Positions 39,604 to 48,926 of a stretch of DNA of 64,000 bases are shown in pieces (position 1 is the stretch's first letter; each line of letters opens with the position of its first letter). The stretch comes from Vicinamibacteria bacterium (GTDB lineage Bacteria; Acidobacteriota; Vicinamibacteria; Vicinamibacterales; UBA8438). The notes beneath the pieces are model-generated. The model made no database searches. It worked only from the letters and a program-made list of their open reading frames with translations, and was not told the origin of the DNA. Position numbers and translations under genes: made by a program. The stretch lies in assembly GCA_022820825.1 (NCBI GenBank), contig JAJEEU010000021.1, forward strand, positions 267-64,266, given 5' to 3'.

Positions 39604-42423
39604 ATGTCGGCCGGGCATTGGGTCCGTATGGAACGATCGCACTCCGATGGTGTGAAGCATCGGATTGGGCCAGCGTCACCCGCCGCGGAATCGCGGCACG
39701 CTGCTGCCGGCGCCGGGACTGGCGCCGACGATTCCGGCGGCGACCGACCGGGCCTCGGTGCGAGTGTTGTCCCGTCCTGGTTGCTGAGGGCCAAGGTGGT
39801 CAGGCCGGAGCCGGTGCCCGGCTATGTCGGCCGCGATGCGCTGGTGCGGCCGCTCGCGATGGTGCTGCAGCGACGGCTGACCGTACTGCAGGCGCCCGCG
39901 GGGTTCGGGAAGACGACCGTCCTCGCCGACATCGGCCACCGCATCGAGACGCAGGGGCACCTGGTCGGCTGGCTCAGCCTGGACGAGGACGATACGCCCA
40001 GCGTGTTCGGAAGCTACGTCGCATATGCGTTCGAGCGCGCCGGACTCGACCTCGCGGCGGTTGCCGACCGTCATGAATGGATGTCGTCAGCGATCGCGCA
40101 CCGGCTTGGATTCCTCGCCCGCGCCATCGAGCGGCACGGGGCGCCGTGCCTGCTCGCGCTCGACGAGGTGGAGCGGCTGCCGCGCCACACGGTGGGCCTG
40201 GTCGATCTGCTGTTGAAGCGCGCCCCGCCGAACCTGCACTTTGTCGCTTCGTTCCGATCCAATCCCGGGATGGACATAGCCGCGCATATCCTCGACGGTT
40301 CGGCCATCGTCGTGGACTCGTCCGCGCTGCGCTTCTCCAGGCACGAGATCGCACAGTTCTTCCAGGGTGACCTGTCACGGCGCAAGCTGGCGGCCGTCGA
40401 GAAGCGAACCGCGGGCTGGCCGGTCGCGCTGACGGTCTACCGCAATTTGCAGGTCCGCGAAGCGGGCCCGTCGGATGCCGCCACCAGGAGCCTTGCGTCG
40501 AACTTCGTCGGCGTGCGCCTGCTGCGCGATCTGTCGGCCGATGATCGCACGTTTTTGATGAACCTTGCGGTCTTTGACTGGATCGAGGCGGACATCGTGG
40601 ACGAGGTCCTGGGATCGAGTGATGCCCGCCTGCGGATTGACGCGCTGTCCGCACTGGACGGGTTGCTGCTGCCGAGCGACGACGACCGCGCCGTGCGGCT
40701 GCTGCACCCGCTCGTTCGGGAATACTGCATCGGGCAGCTCGCCGTGGAGGCTCCCGAGCGCAAGCGAACGCTGCATGCACGAATCGTGCGGGCATTGCAC
40801 AGCCGCGGTCTGCTCACGCAGGCGTGGCACCACGCGCGCGGCGCGGGCGACTTCCGGCTCGCCGGCGAGCTCATCGAAAACGTCGGCGTCGTCGGCCTGT
40901 GGGCGCGCGGCGGGAATACCCAGGTAATGGCCGCCGACGGGTTCCTGACGACACAGATCATGGAAGAGTATCCACGGCTTGCGCTCCTGCACTGTGTCGC
41001 CCTCATGCTCACGTCGAAGATCGCCGAGGCGGCGGCCCTGTACGAGACGGTCGGGCGGCGAACCGAGGGCTTCACGCGTGACCGGGACGGCGGCGACGCA
41101 GATGCGCTGGCCTGCGATCGCCTCTTCGCGAAAGTGGTGCTTGGGGGCGGCACGAGGCGACTGCAGCAGGAAACACTCGACGCGGCATTGCCTTCCGGCG
41201 AAACAACCTCGAGTGGCGACAAGTCATCGCGGTTCCGGTCCGCCGTGCTCCACGCCCTTCACTGCGGCGCCAACTACGAACGCACCCGTTTCGACGAGTG
41301 CCGCCGGCACGGGGAGTGGGCGCAGGCGCACTTCGGCGAGGAAGCCCGCTATGGCGAAATCCATGTGAGTGTCTGCCTGGGCCTGGCGGCCATGGCGCAG
41401 GGGCGGGTGAGCGAGGCGGCCGATCAGTACCGGCGTGCCCGCCAGTCCGCGCGGAGGTTCTTTGCCTCCGATCGCTACCTGGCGGCAATCACGGAGGTTG
41501 CGACCATCGAGCTCGATCTGGAGCGGAACCGCGAGAAGGCAATCCAGCAGCGCACGCTGCCGGGCATGGACGAGCTGCGAACCGGCTGGATCGACATCTA
41601 CGCCGCGGCAGTCGACGTGCACGCGGAGTTCACGTTCGGGCAGTACGGCGGCGAAGCGGTCATCGAGTTTCTGAGGCAAACCATCGATGACGAGCGTGCG
41701 ACCGGCAGCCGGCGCCTTGCATGCCACTTGTCCGCACTGCTGGCATCCTATCTGGTGCTGACGGGTCACGGGGCCGAAGCCGCGCACCTGTGGCGCGACA
41801 GCGCTCTGCCCGGCTCCGACGCCGACCTGCTCGATCTGGATGGACAGTCATGGAGGACGATGGAGGCGCTGTCATGTGCGCGCGTGCGGCTGCTCGTCGA
41901 CCAGGGTAGCTACGATGCGGCCGATGAGCTCGCCGACGCCGTATCCCGAACGGCGTCGGCGCACGGCCTCGTGCGCACGGCCTTGCGGAGCCAGGCCTTG
42001 TCGATGAGTGTCGCCTACCATGCCGATACGCCGGATCTGGCCGTCGAGCGGCTGGCCGCCTATCTCCGCAGCGTGCGTGGCGTCGACTACTGCAGGCCGC
42101 TGGCGCGGGACCGCCATGTGAGCCTGTCCGTGCTGCGCCGGTTGCTCGACCGCACGCCCGACGCCGACCTCCGTGACGCTGCCGAGTCCATGCTGGCGAG
42201 CCTGGACAAGAGGTCCGCAACAGCCGAACCCGAATTCTCGCCGCGGGAGCAGGAGATACTGGCCGAGGTGCGGTACGGCCGACGCAACAAGGAAATCGCG
42301 GCACAGTTGGGAATCACCGAAGAGGGCGTCCGCTACCACCTGAAGAAGATCTACCGCAAGACGGGCGCCTCCAACAGGAGCGACGCCGTCCGCCATGCCC
42401 TCGACAAGGGGGTTCTGACCTGA
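39604..42423 (+). CDS. large ATP-binding LuxR-family regulator (MalT/LAL-type STAND NTPase plus C-terminal HTH)
   Basis: Walker A APAGFGKTT and Walker B LLALDEVERL, a long helical/TPR-like middle region, and a C-terminal LuxR HTH (FSPREQEILAEVRYGRRNKEIAAQLGITEEGVRYHLKKIYRK). The start codon is uncertain; alternative in-frame starts lie downstream of 39604. Confidence 0.8.
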   Translation: MSAGHWVRMERSHSDGVKHRIGPASPAAESRHAAAGAGTGADDSGGDRPGLGASVVPSWLLRAKVVRPEPVPGYVGRDALVRPLAMVLQRRLTVLQAPAGFGKTTVLADIGHRIETQGHLVGWLSLDEDDTPSVFGSYVAYAFERAGLDLAAVADRHEWMSSAIAHRLGFLARAIERHGAPCLLALDEVERLPRHTVGLVDLLLKRAPPNLHFVASFRSNPGMDIAAHILDGSAIVVDSSALRFSRHEIAQFFQGDLSRRKLAAVEKRTAGWPVALTVYRNLQVREAGPSDAATRSLASNFVGVRLLRDLSADDRTFLMNLAVFDWIEADIVDEVLGSSDARLRIDALSALDGLLLPSDDDRAVRLLHPLVREYCIGQLAVEAPERKRTLHARIVRALHSRGLLTQAWHHARGAGDFRLAGELIENVGVVGLWARGGNTQVMAADGFLTTQIMEEYPRLALLHCVALMLTSKIAEAAALYETVGRRTEGFTRDRDGGDADALACDRLFAKVVLGGGTRRLQQETLDAALPSGETTSSGDKSSRFRSAVLHALHCGANYERTRFDECRRHGEWAQAHFGEEARYGEIHVSVCLGLAAMAQGRVSEAADQYRRARQSARRFFASDRYLAAITEVATIELDLERNREKAIQQRTLPGMDELRTGWIDIYAAAVDVHAEFTFGQYGGEAVIEFLRQTIDDERATGSRRLACHLSALLASYLVLTGHGAEAAHLWRDSALPGSDADLLDLDGQSWRTMEALSCARVRLLVDQGSYDAADELADAVSRTASAHGLVRTALRSQALSMSVAYHADTPDLAVERLAAYLRSVRGVDYCRPLARDRHVSLSVLRRLLDRTPDADLRDAAESMLASLDKRSATAEPEFSPREQEILAEVRYGRRNKEIAAQLGITEEGVRYHLKKIYRKTGASNRSDAVRHALDKGVLT

Positions 42424-42438
42424 GCCGCGTCGGGCCCG

Positions 42439-42930
42439 CTAGCGGCCGGGCGGCGGCGGCGGCGCAGGAACGATCTGGATGATGGTCGGATAGCGCTCCG
42501 GCCCGGCCTCGCCCCCGGCGTGCAGGTAGCCCTCCGAGCCGTTCCACGTGTAGTCCTTGATCGTCACGCCGGGCGGAAACGCCATGCTCTCCTCGCGGAA
42601 GCGCCCCATCTCGAAGATGTGGGTGGCCGGCGCGTCGAAGACGCGGTCGCCGCCCTCGTCGAGCAGCAGCCGGTAGTAGTTGACCATGTCCACGAAGGTC
42701 GACTGGGTGCCGAACAGGAAGTATCGCTGACCCCGCCCGGCATCGTAGGATCGGAGAAAGCTGGCGCTCGGATAGACGGGGAAGCCGAGCGTCTCCTCGG
42801 TCGGTGGCGGTTCCGGCATGGCCGGGTCCGTTGCCGCCGCCGGGGGCTCCTGCGCGGCAGCCGGCGGAGCGAGACAGACGCAGACCAACGACAGGGCCGC
42901 GAACAGGCGCGATGACGTCATCAATGCCAT
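42439..42930 (-). CDS. hypothetical secreted protein (163 aa)
   Basis: Signal peptide MALMTSSRLFAALSLVCVCLAPPAAAQE, a Pro-rich linker, a globular domain with no family I recognise, and a poly-Pro C-terminus. Confidence 0.55.
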   Translation of the reverse strand: MALMTSSRLFAALSLVCVCLAPPAAAQEPPAAATDPAMPEPPPTEETLGFPVYPSASFLRSYDAGRGQRYFLFGTQSTFVDMVNYYRLLLDEGGDRVFDAPATHIFEMGRFREESMAFPPGVTIKDYTWNGSEGYLHAGGEAGPERYPTIIQIVPAPPPPPGR

Positions 42931-42994
42931 TATGCGGGCGGCTGCGGCCGGGTGCAACCTCGCCGCGGCCGCCGGGCGCCGCAAGGATGGGACG

Positions 42995-44152
42995 ATGTCT
43001 GGCAAGGAGATGAGCGAGCTGCTGGCGTTCTGCACGGCGCGTCTCGAATGGCTTCTCGAGACGACGACGACACTGGTCGGACTGGAGTCGCCCACGCCCG
43101 ACAAGGCGGCGGTGGACCGCTGCGGCCGCGAGGCGGCGGACCGCCTGGAGGCGCTGGGAGCCGCCGTCGAAGTCTTGACGTCACGCACGACCGGCGATCA
43201 CCTGCGGGCCGTATTCGGCAGCGGCGACGGCCAGATAATGCTGCTCGGCCACATCGATACGGTATGGCCGGTCGGACAGCTCGAGCGGATGCCCTTGCGC
43301 CGGGAAGGCGACCGCCTGTACGGACCGGGTGTATTCGACATGAAGGCCGGCGTCGCCATCGGCATGCTGGCCGCCGCGGCCGTCACCCGGCGGGACGCCG
43401 CGCTGGGCCGGCGGGTGGTAATGCTGCTGACTGCGGACGAGGAACGGGGCAGCGGCGCCTCGCGGGCGCTGGTCGAAGCCGAGGCGCGCCGCTCCGCCGC
43501 CGTGTGCGTCCTCGAGCCGGCGCTGCCCGGGGGCGCCCTGAAGACCGGCCGCAAGGGCGCGGGAGAGTTCGAGTTGTCGGCTCGCGGCGTCCCGGCGCAC
43601 GCGGGCCTCGAACCCGAGCGCGGGGCGAGCGCGATCTCGGAGATCGCGGCGCAGATCGCCGCCGTCGAAGCGCTCGCCGACCCCGCGCGCGGCGTCACCG
43701 TGAACGTCGGGGTGGTCGAGGGCGGCAGCCGGCCGAACGTGGTTGCCGAGCACGCCCGCGCGGTGGTCGACGTCCGCGCCGAAGCCCTGGCCGACGCGCG
43801 CCGCGTCGCCGCGGCCGTCCGGCGGCTGCAGCCGCGCGACAAGCGGGTCGCGCTGACCGTTCGCGGCGATTTCGGCAGACCGCCCCTGGAGCGGAACGCG
43901 GACGTGCTGCGTCTCTACGGCATGGCCCGCGACGTGGCCCGTGAGCTGGGCCGCGAGCTGGGGGAGGGTCTGGCGGGCGGCGGCTCGGACGGCAACTTCA
44001 CCGCGGCGCTCGGCGTGCCCACGCTCGACGGCCTGGGGGCCGTGGGCGACGGCGCGCACGCGCTCCACGAGCACGTCGACGCGAGCCAGTTGCCGTGGCG
44101 CGCGGCGCTGGTCGCCGGCCTGCTGCTACGCATCGACGCCCACTACCGCTAG
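42995..44152 (+). CDS. M20-family metallopeptidase (carboxypeptidase G2-like)
   Basis: LLGHIDTVWP, GPGVFDMKAG, TADEERGS and GGGSDGNF motifs of the M20/M25/M40 family. The ATG at 42995 was chosen within the longer track ORF. Confidence 0.85.
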   Translation: MSGKEMSELLAFCTARLEWLLETTTTLVGLESPTPDKAAVDRCGREAADRLEALGAAVEVLTSRTTGDHLRAVFGSGDGQIMLLGHIDTVWPVGQLERMPLRREGDRLYGPGVFDMKAGVAIGMLAAAAVTRRDAALGRRVVMLLTADEERGSGASRALVEAEARRSAAVCVLEPALPGGALKTGRKGAGEFELSARGVPAHAGLEPERGASAISEIAAQIAAVEALADPARGVTVNVGVVEGGSRPNVVAEHARAVVDVRAEALADARRVAAAVRRLQPRDKRVALTVRGDFGRPPLERNADVLRLYGMARDVARELGRELGEGLAGGGSDGNFTAALGVPTLDGLGAVGDGAHALHEHVDASQLPWRAALVAGLLLRIDAHYR

Positions 44153-44157
44153 CGGGC

Positions 44158-44166
44158 TGCTAGAAT
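44158..44166 (+). promoter_or_regulatory. putative extended -10 promoter element for htpX (TGcTAGAAT)
   Basis: TGCTAGAAT lies 28 nt upstream of the htpX ATG, in the 41-bp spacer after the M20 gene. Confidence 0.4.
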
Positions 44167-44193
44167 CGAGAGCAGGACGAACGGAAGACAACG

Positions 44194-45030
44194 ATGGGAA
44201 ATACCTTCAAGACGGCGCTGTTGTTGACGCTGCTCAGCGCGTTGCTGCTGCTGATCGGCGAGATGCTCGGCGGGCGGTTCGGCCTGATGCTCGCGTTCGC
44301 GCTCGCGATCGCCATGAACTTCGGGTCGTACTGGTTCTCCGACAAGGTAGTGCTGCGGATGTACAAGGCCGCCGAGGTTGGTCCCGAGCATCCGCTGCAC
44401 AGCATGACGGCGCGTCTCGCACAGCAGGCCGGGCTGCCGATGCCCCGCGTCTACGTCATTCCGGACGCCTCGCCGAACGCGTTCGCCACGGGGCGCAATC
44501 CGCAGCATGCGGCGGTCGCGGCCACGGAGGGCATCCTGCGCCTGCTCGGCGAGCGCGAGCTCGAGGGCGTCATCGCGCACGAGCTGGCGCACATCAAGCA
44601 CCGCGACATCCTGATCGGCTCGATTGCCGCCACGGCGGCGGCGACGATCATGATGGTCGCGGGCATGGCGCGCTGGGCTTTCATCTTCGGCTTTGGCGGC
44701 CGCGACGAGCGGGGCGACTCGAATCCGCTGGCCATGCTGGCCATGGCCATTCTCGCGCCGCTGGCGGCGACGATGATCCAGATGGCCATCTCGCGGTCAC
44801 GGGAATTCGCAGCCGACCGCCGCGCGGCGCAGATCGTCGGCAGTCCCTACGGCCTCGCAGACGCCCTGCGCAAGATCGACGCCGCGGCGCGGCGTGTTCC
44901 GCTGGACGCCAACCCGGCGACGGCGCACATGTTCATCATGAAGCCGTTCTCCGTGCGGGGGATGGCGGCGCTGTTCAGCACGCACCCCCCGACCGAGCAG
45001 CGGATCGAGCGGTTGCTCCAGCCGGCGTAG
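44194..45030 (+). CDS. htpX: zinc metalloprotease HtpX
   Basis: Four TM segments, the HELAHIKHRD zinc motif, EFAADR, and the THPPTEQRI C-terminus. Confidence 0.9.
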   Translation: MGNTFKTALLLTLLSALLLLIGEMLGGRFGLMLAFALAIAMNFGSYWFSDKVVLRMYKAAEVGPEHPLHSMTARLAQQAGLPMPRVYVIPDASPNAFATGRNPQHAAVAATEGILRLLGERELEGVIAHELAHIKHRDILIGSIAATAAATIMMVAGMARWAFIFGFGGRDERGDSNPLAMLAMAILAPLAATMIQMAISRSREFAADRRAAQIVGSPYGLADALRKIDAAARRVPLDANPATAHMFIMKPFSVRGMAALFSTHPPTEQRIERLLQPA

Positions 45031-45033
45031 CAG

Positions 45034-46101
45034 CTAGCTTGCCCGGCCGACCTGGTCGGTCAGGCCGAGGCGCCGTTGCCGCCACGCGGGTTGCCCGGCG
45101 GCGGCAGCACGTCCTTCCGGAGCGCGTGGCTCCCGCGGCCTGCGCTCCAGTCCATGCTTCGCCCGCAGGTCGTCGAGCAGCGACTGGATCCGGGCGGCGT
45201 AGGCCGCGGCCGGGTGCCTGCCCGCGTACAGGCGCCGATAGCCCGCCAGCAGGTCGGGGTGCTCGCCGGCAAGGAAATCCAGAAAGTGGGTGCGCGTCCC
45301 CCCTTCCAGACGCAGCAGTCCGGCGCCGACGAAACGTGCGCCGTGGTCGGCGATGGCGCGCACGGTCGCCTCCAGCTTGGCGCGGGCAGAGCTGATGCCG
45401 GGTACGACCGGCGCCATCAACACGCCGGTTTCCACGCCGGCGGCCGCCAGCGTGCGCAGGGCGCGCAGCCGTTGCAGCGGATGCGCGGTCCCCGGCTCGA
45501 GCCGGCGCCAGGCCGTCTCGTCCGTGGTGGGGACGCTGAAGCTGACCGTGCAGGCAACCTTGTGCGAGAGCTCCGCGAGCAGGTCGGTGTCGCGCACGAT
45601 CAGCGGGCTGCGGGTCACGAGGTCGATCCGCATCGGCCGTTCGATCAGCGCCTCGAGGGTGCGCCGGGTCAGCCGGTAGCTGCCCTCGATCGGCTGGTAT
45701 GGATCCGTTGCCGTGCCGAACGCGGCGCGCTCGCCGGGACGCGGCTTGCCATGCAGCTCCCGCCGCAGCACTTCCGGAAAATTGACCTTGACGAGAATGA
45801 CGGACGAGAACTCGTTGCCCGGATTCATTTCGAGCTGCGGCTGGTACCGCCGCGCGAAGCAGAAATGGCAGCCGTGGGTGCAGCCGCGATACGGATTCAG
45901 GGTCCAGGCGAAGGGCATGCCCTTCACGCGGTTGAGCGCGGTGCGGCAGGCGACCTCCCGGTATTCCGCAGCGCGGCCCCGGCGCGGCGCGCCCGGCGCA
46001 CCGGAAGGTCCGTGCTCCCGGCGCCAGCGGGCCATGTCCCGCACGGTCGGCAGCCGCGACGCCCCGAGCAGGGACGGCTGCGCATGCTGGTCGTTGCGCA
46101 T
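45034..46101 (-). CDS. radical SAM protein (COG1533 / Rv2578c-like, SPL-related)
   Basis: NPYRGCTHGCHFCFAR CxxxCxxC cluster motif and a TIM-barrel-like remainder. The ATG at 46101 was chosen; the track ORF extends to 46308. Confidence 0.8.
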   Translation of the reverse strand: MRNDQHAQPSLLGASRLPTVRDMARWRREHGPSGAPGAPRRGRAAEYREVACRTALNRVKGMPFAWTLNPYRGCTHGCHFCFARRYQPQLEMNPGNEFSSVILVKVNFPEVLRRELHGKPRPGERAAFGTATDPYQPIEGSYRLTRRTLEALIERPMRIDLVTRSPLIVRDTDLLAELSHKVACTVSFSVPTTDETAWRRLEPGTAHPLQRLRALRTLAAAGVETGVLMAPVVPGISSARAKLEATVRAIADHGARFVGAGLLRLEGGTRTHFLDFLAGEHPDLLAGYRRLYAGRHPAAAYAARIQSLLDDLRAKHGLERRPREPRAPEGRAAAAGQPAWRQRRLGLTDQVGRAS

Positions 46102-46148
46102 ACATTCGTCTTTTGTTCGCCAAATGATCTGCGAGAGCAATGGGTGTG

Positions 46149-47297
46149 TCAAGGCCGCTCTTGTCTGGCGGCCGCCGCGGACCAGACCTCGAGCGTCCTG
46201 TCCGCCGTGCGCTGCCAACTGAACCGCCGGCTGCGCGCCGCGCCCAGGGACCGCAGGCCGCTCGCAAGGTCCGCGTCGGCGAGAAGGCGGGCCAGCGCGC
46301 CGGCCCACGCCGCGGCATCGTCGGGCGGGACGAAAACGGCCGCGTCGGCGGCGACTTCCCTGAATACCGGGATGTCGCTGCAGACAAGCGGCGCCCCGGC
46401 GGCCATCGCTTCCACCAGCGGCAGGCCGAACCCCTCGTAGACCGACGGGCAGACGACTGCTGCAGCCCGGTGGTAGAGGCCGTGCACCACGGCGTCAGGC
46501 GCGTAGCCGACGTGAATCAGCCAGCCTTCGTCCGCGGCGCGGGTCAGGGCTGCGCCGATCGACTCGTGCCGCCAGCCGCGCTTGCCGCACAGCACGAGCG
46601 GCGGCGCATCCGGCATCAGGACGCGCAGCCGGGGCCACGAAGCCAGCAGGATCGCAAGGTTCTTGCGCGGCTCGATCGTGCCGACGTGCAGGACGAAGCG
46701 CTCCGGCACGCCGTCGGGCAGGTCGCCGATCGGCGTACCGTCGAGGCGGCCGGCTTCCCATGTGACGTGGACGGCGTCCGGCGCCGCACCACCGTGCTCG
46801 AGAAGCTCGGTTCGCACGGTTTCCGACGGCGTGAGGATGGCGTGTGCGCGCGCGACCGACCGCTCGAGCCGCCTCTCGAGCGCCAGCCGGGTTTCCGCCT
46901 GCAGCGCCCAGGCAGTCCGGTGCAGGGTCAGGTCGTGAACGGTCACCACCAGCGGGCGCCGCGCGGCGGCAAGGGGGCGCGGCGGGAAGAAGTTGGGGGC
47001 GAACAGCACGCGGTTGCGGTCCGCGGCGACCAGCCACGGTTCGACGACGCGCAGCAGCGGCACGAGCCAGGGACGCCGCACCAGCAGGTTGTCGGGCACC
47101 TCGTGCCTGATCCATTCGACGGTGGGTCCGGCGGGGAGGCGCACGACCGGCAGCGGGCCGTCCGGCCGCAGGAACATGGACGGACCATAGAGCCGCAGCC
47201 GCAGTCCGGAGCGGCCGGCGAGTTGGCGCAACAGCTCGTGGAGGTACCATCCGACGCCCGTCAACGGCTCGAACAGCGGGGCGATGTCCACCCCCAC
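46149..47297 (-). CDS. GT4-family (group 1) glycosyltransferase
   Basis: N-terminal GVDIAPLFEPLTGVGWY and a C-terminal EGFGLPLVEAMAAGAPLVCSD motif. GTG at 47297 is preceded by GAGGA; ATG at 47423 is the alternative start and would add a 42-aa atypical extension. Confidence 0.8.
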   Translation of the reverse strand: MGVDIAPLFEPLTGVGWYLHELLRQLAGRSGLRLRLYGPSMFLRPDGPLPVVRLPAGPTVEWIRHEVPDNLLVRRPWLVPLLRVVEPWLVAADRNRVLFAPNFFPPRPLAAARRPLVVTVHDLTLHRTAWALQAETRLALERRLERSVARAHAILTPSETVRTELLEHGGAAPDAVHVTWEAGRLDGTPIGDLPDGVPERFVLHVGTIEPRKNLAILLASWPRLRVLMPDAPPLVLCGKRGWRHESIGAALTRAADEGWLIHVGYAPDAVVHGLYHRAAAVVCPSVYEGFGLPLVEAMAAGAPLVCSDIPVFREVAADAAVFVPPDDAAAWAGALARLLADADLASGLRSLGAARSRRFSWQRTADRTLEVWSAAAARQERP

Positions 47298-47551
47298 CGT
47301 CAGGCCGTCCTCACGCCGCCGCCGGCGGATGGCGGCGACGACCCGCCGCGCCCACTGCCAGGTGGCGGCGATGCGCGCCGGCGCGGGCCACGCGAGCGGG
47401 AATCCCGTCGGTAGGGGTACCATCGTGGTGCGCGTGCTGGCGAAGAATCCTGCGCCCGCTACCGGGGATACGCGGGCCGGGGCGATGTTACCGCAGGTTT
47501 GCAGATCGCGTGCGGCGCGCCCCGCGCGCGCGAAGCGGGCAGGAGAAGGGT

Positions 47552-48688
47552 GTGAGAATAGGGCTCGACGGCAAGGTGCTGACCCTCCGGGCCGGCGGCA
47601 TCGGGCGCTATGCGATCAATCTGACGCGGGCCATGCTCGCCGAGGCCGCCGTGCGCCGCCGCAAGCCGGAATTCGTCATCTTTACAGGCCCGCAGACGTC
47701 CCGCAGCGTTATGGAGGAGTTCCGCGGACACTGCAATGAACACTTCCTGGGCGCGAAGAGCAGCCTCCTGCGGTCGTTCGTGCACATCCCGCTGGCGCTC
47801 CGCCGCATGCGCATCGACGTCTTTCATGGCATGGATCATGTCGGCATTCCGTTCGTCGGAAAGACGGGCAGGTGTGTCGTCACCGTTCACGACGTAATCC
47901 CGCTCGTTCTGCCCGGGACCTTTACGCGCCGGCATCGGCTCGTCGTCAGGACGGCGCTGGCCCGCGTCGGGCGGCAGGCCGACCTGATCATCGTGCCGTC
48001 GCGGGCCGTGCAGCGCGACGTGGTGCAATACCTGCGCGTGTCCGAGGACAGGGTGGCGGTGACGCCCCACGGCTGCGAGGCGCGCTTCAATCCCTCGCGG
48101 GACCCGGCGTCGCTGGGCGCGGCGGCTGCCCGCTACGGCTTGCCGGCGCGCTATCTCCTGGCCGTCGGCACGCTCGAACCGCGCAAGAACCTGACCACGC
48201 TGGTCCGCGCCTTCGCCCGCCTGCGGGACAGGTCCGAAATCGATCCCGCGGTGGGGCTTGTCCTCGCCGGTGCGCGCGGCTGGCTGGACGACCCCATATT
48301 CCGGACCGTCCAATCGCTCGGCTTGGACGACGCCGTCCTCTTTACCGGGTTCATGGACGACGACGACCTGCCTGCCGTGTACCAGGGAGCCGAGCTGGTC
48401 GTCTTTCCCTCGCTGTACGAGGGATTCGGTCTCCCGTTGCTGGAGGCGATGGCGTGCGGCGTCCCGGTCGTGGCTTCGAACACCTCGGCCCTGCCCGAGG
48501 TAGCGGGCGGCGCGGCAATGCTCGTCGACCCGCTGGATGTCGAGGCGCTGGCGCGCGCGGTAGCCAGGGTGCTGGACGACGCCGCGCTGCGCGGGCGCCT
48601 GCGCGAAGACGGCATCGCCCGCGCCGCCGAGTTCTCGTGGCAAACGGCAGCCCGCCGCACCCTCGACGCCTACGCCTCCCTCGCGTAA
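47552..48688 (+). CDS. GT4-family (group 1) glycosyltransferase
   Basis: RIGLDGKVL...GGIGRY N-terminus and an EGFGLPLLEAMACGVPVVASN motif. GTG at 47552 is preceded by GGAGAAGGG. Divergent from the other GT4 gene. Confidence 0.8.
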   Translation: MRIGLDGKVLTLRAGGIGRYAINLTRAMLAEAAVRRRKPEFVIFTGPQTSRSVMEEFRGHCNEHFLGAKSSLLRSFVHIPLALRRMRIDVFHGMDHVGIPFVGKTGRCVVTVHDVIPLVLPGTFTRRHRLVVRTALARVGRQADLIIVPSRAVQRDVVQYLRVSEDRVAVTPHGCEARFNPSRDPASLGAAAARYGLPARYLLAVGTLEPRKNLTTLVRAFARLRDRSEIDPAVGLVLAGARGWLDDPIFRTVQSLGLDDAVLFTGFMDDDDLPAVYQGAELVVFPSLYEGFGLPLLEAMACGVPVVASNTSALPEVAGGAAMLVDPLDVEALARAVARVLDDAALRGRLREDGIARAAEFSWQTAARRTLDAYASLA

Positions 48689-48694
48689 CGCGGC

Positions 48695-48925
48695 CCCGCT
48701 GGCGCCTGCCGGGAGTTTGAGGCGTAATCCCAAGCAGGACAAGGGCCGGCGCCCCGGATAACGCCGAAGTACGGAAGGGGACGGCGAGCATTGAGTGCCG
48801 TCCCCAAGCCGCGCACGGCGCGGCTCGGCCAGCGCGGCGCGGGGCTATGGGGTCCCCGCTAGCGCTGGCCGGGGGTTTGGGGCGCAGCCCCATCTAATAA
48901 GGAAGCCGCGCAGCCCCATCTAGCA
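48695..48925 (+). repeat. intergenic multi-hairpin repeat, copy D (full length; between convergent GT4 and lptD ends)
   Basis: Degenerate distal module at about 48705-48730. Hairpins GGGGACGGC...GCCGTCCCC (48777-48805), GCCGCGCACGGCGCGGC and GGCCAGCGC...GCGCTGGCC. Proximal module GGGGGTTTGGGGCGCAGCCCC (48871-48891) with a partial duplication at 48905-48917. Confidence 0.85.
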
Positions 48926-48926
48926 A

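Noticed and set aside
45034-48688. Radical-SAM gene plus two divergent GT4 glycosyltransferases as a possible novel modification cluster.
   Set aside because: The radical-SAM protein looks like the widespread COG1533/SPL-related family, and it is separated from the GT4 genes by its own upstream region. GT4 pairs are common envelope genes. Nothing in the sequence links them functionally.
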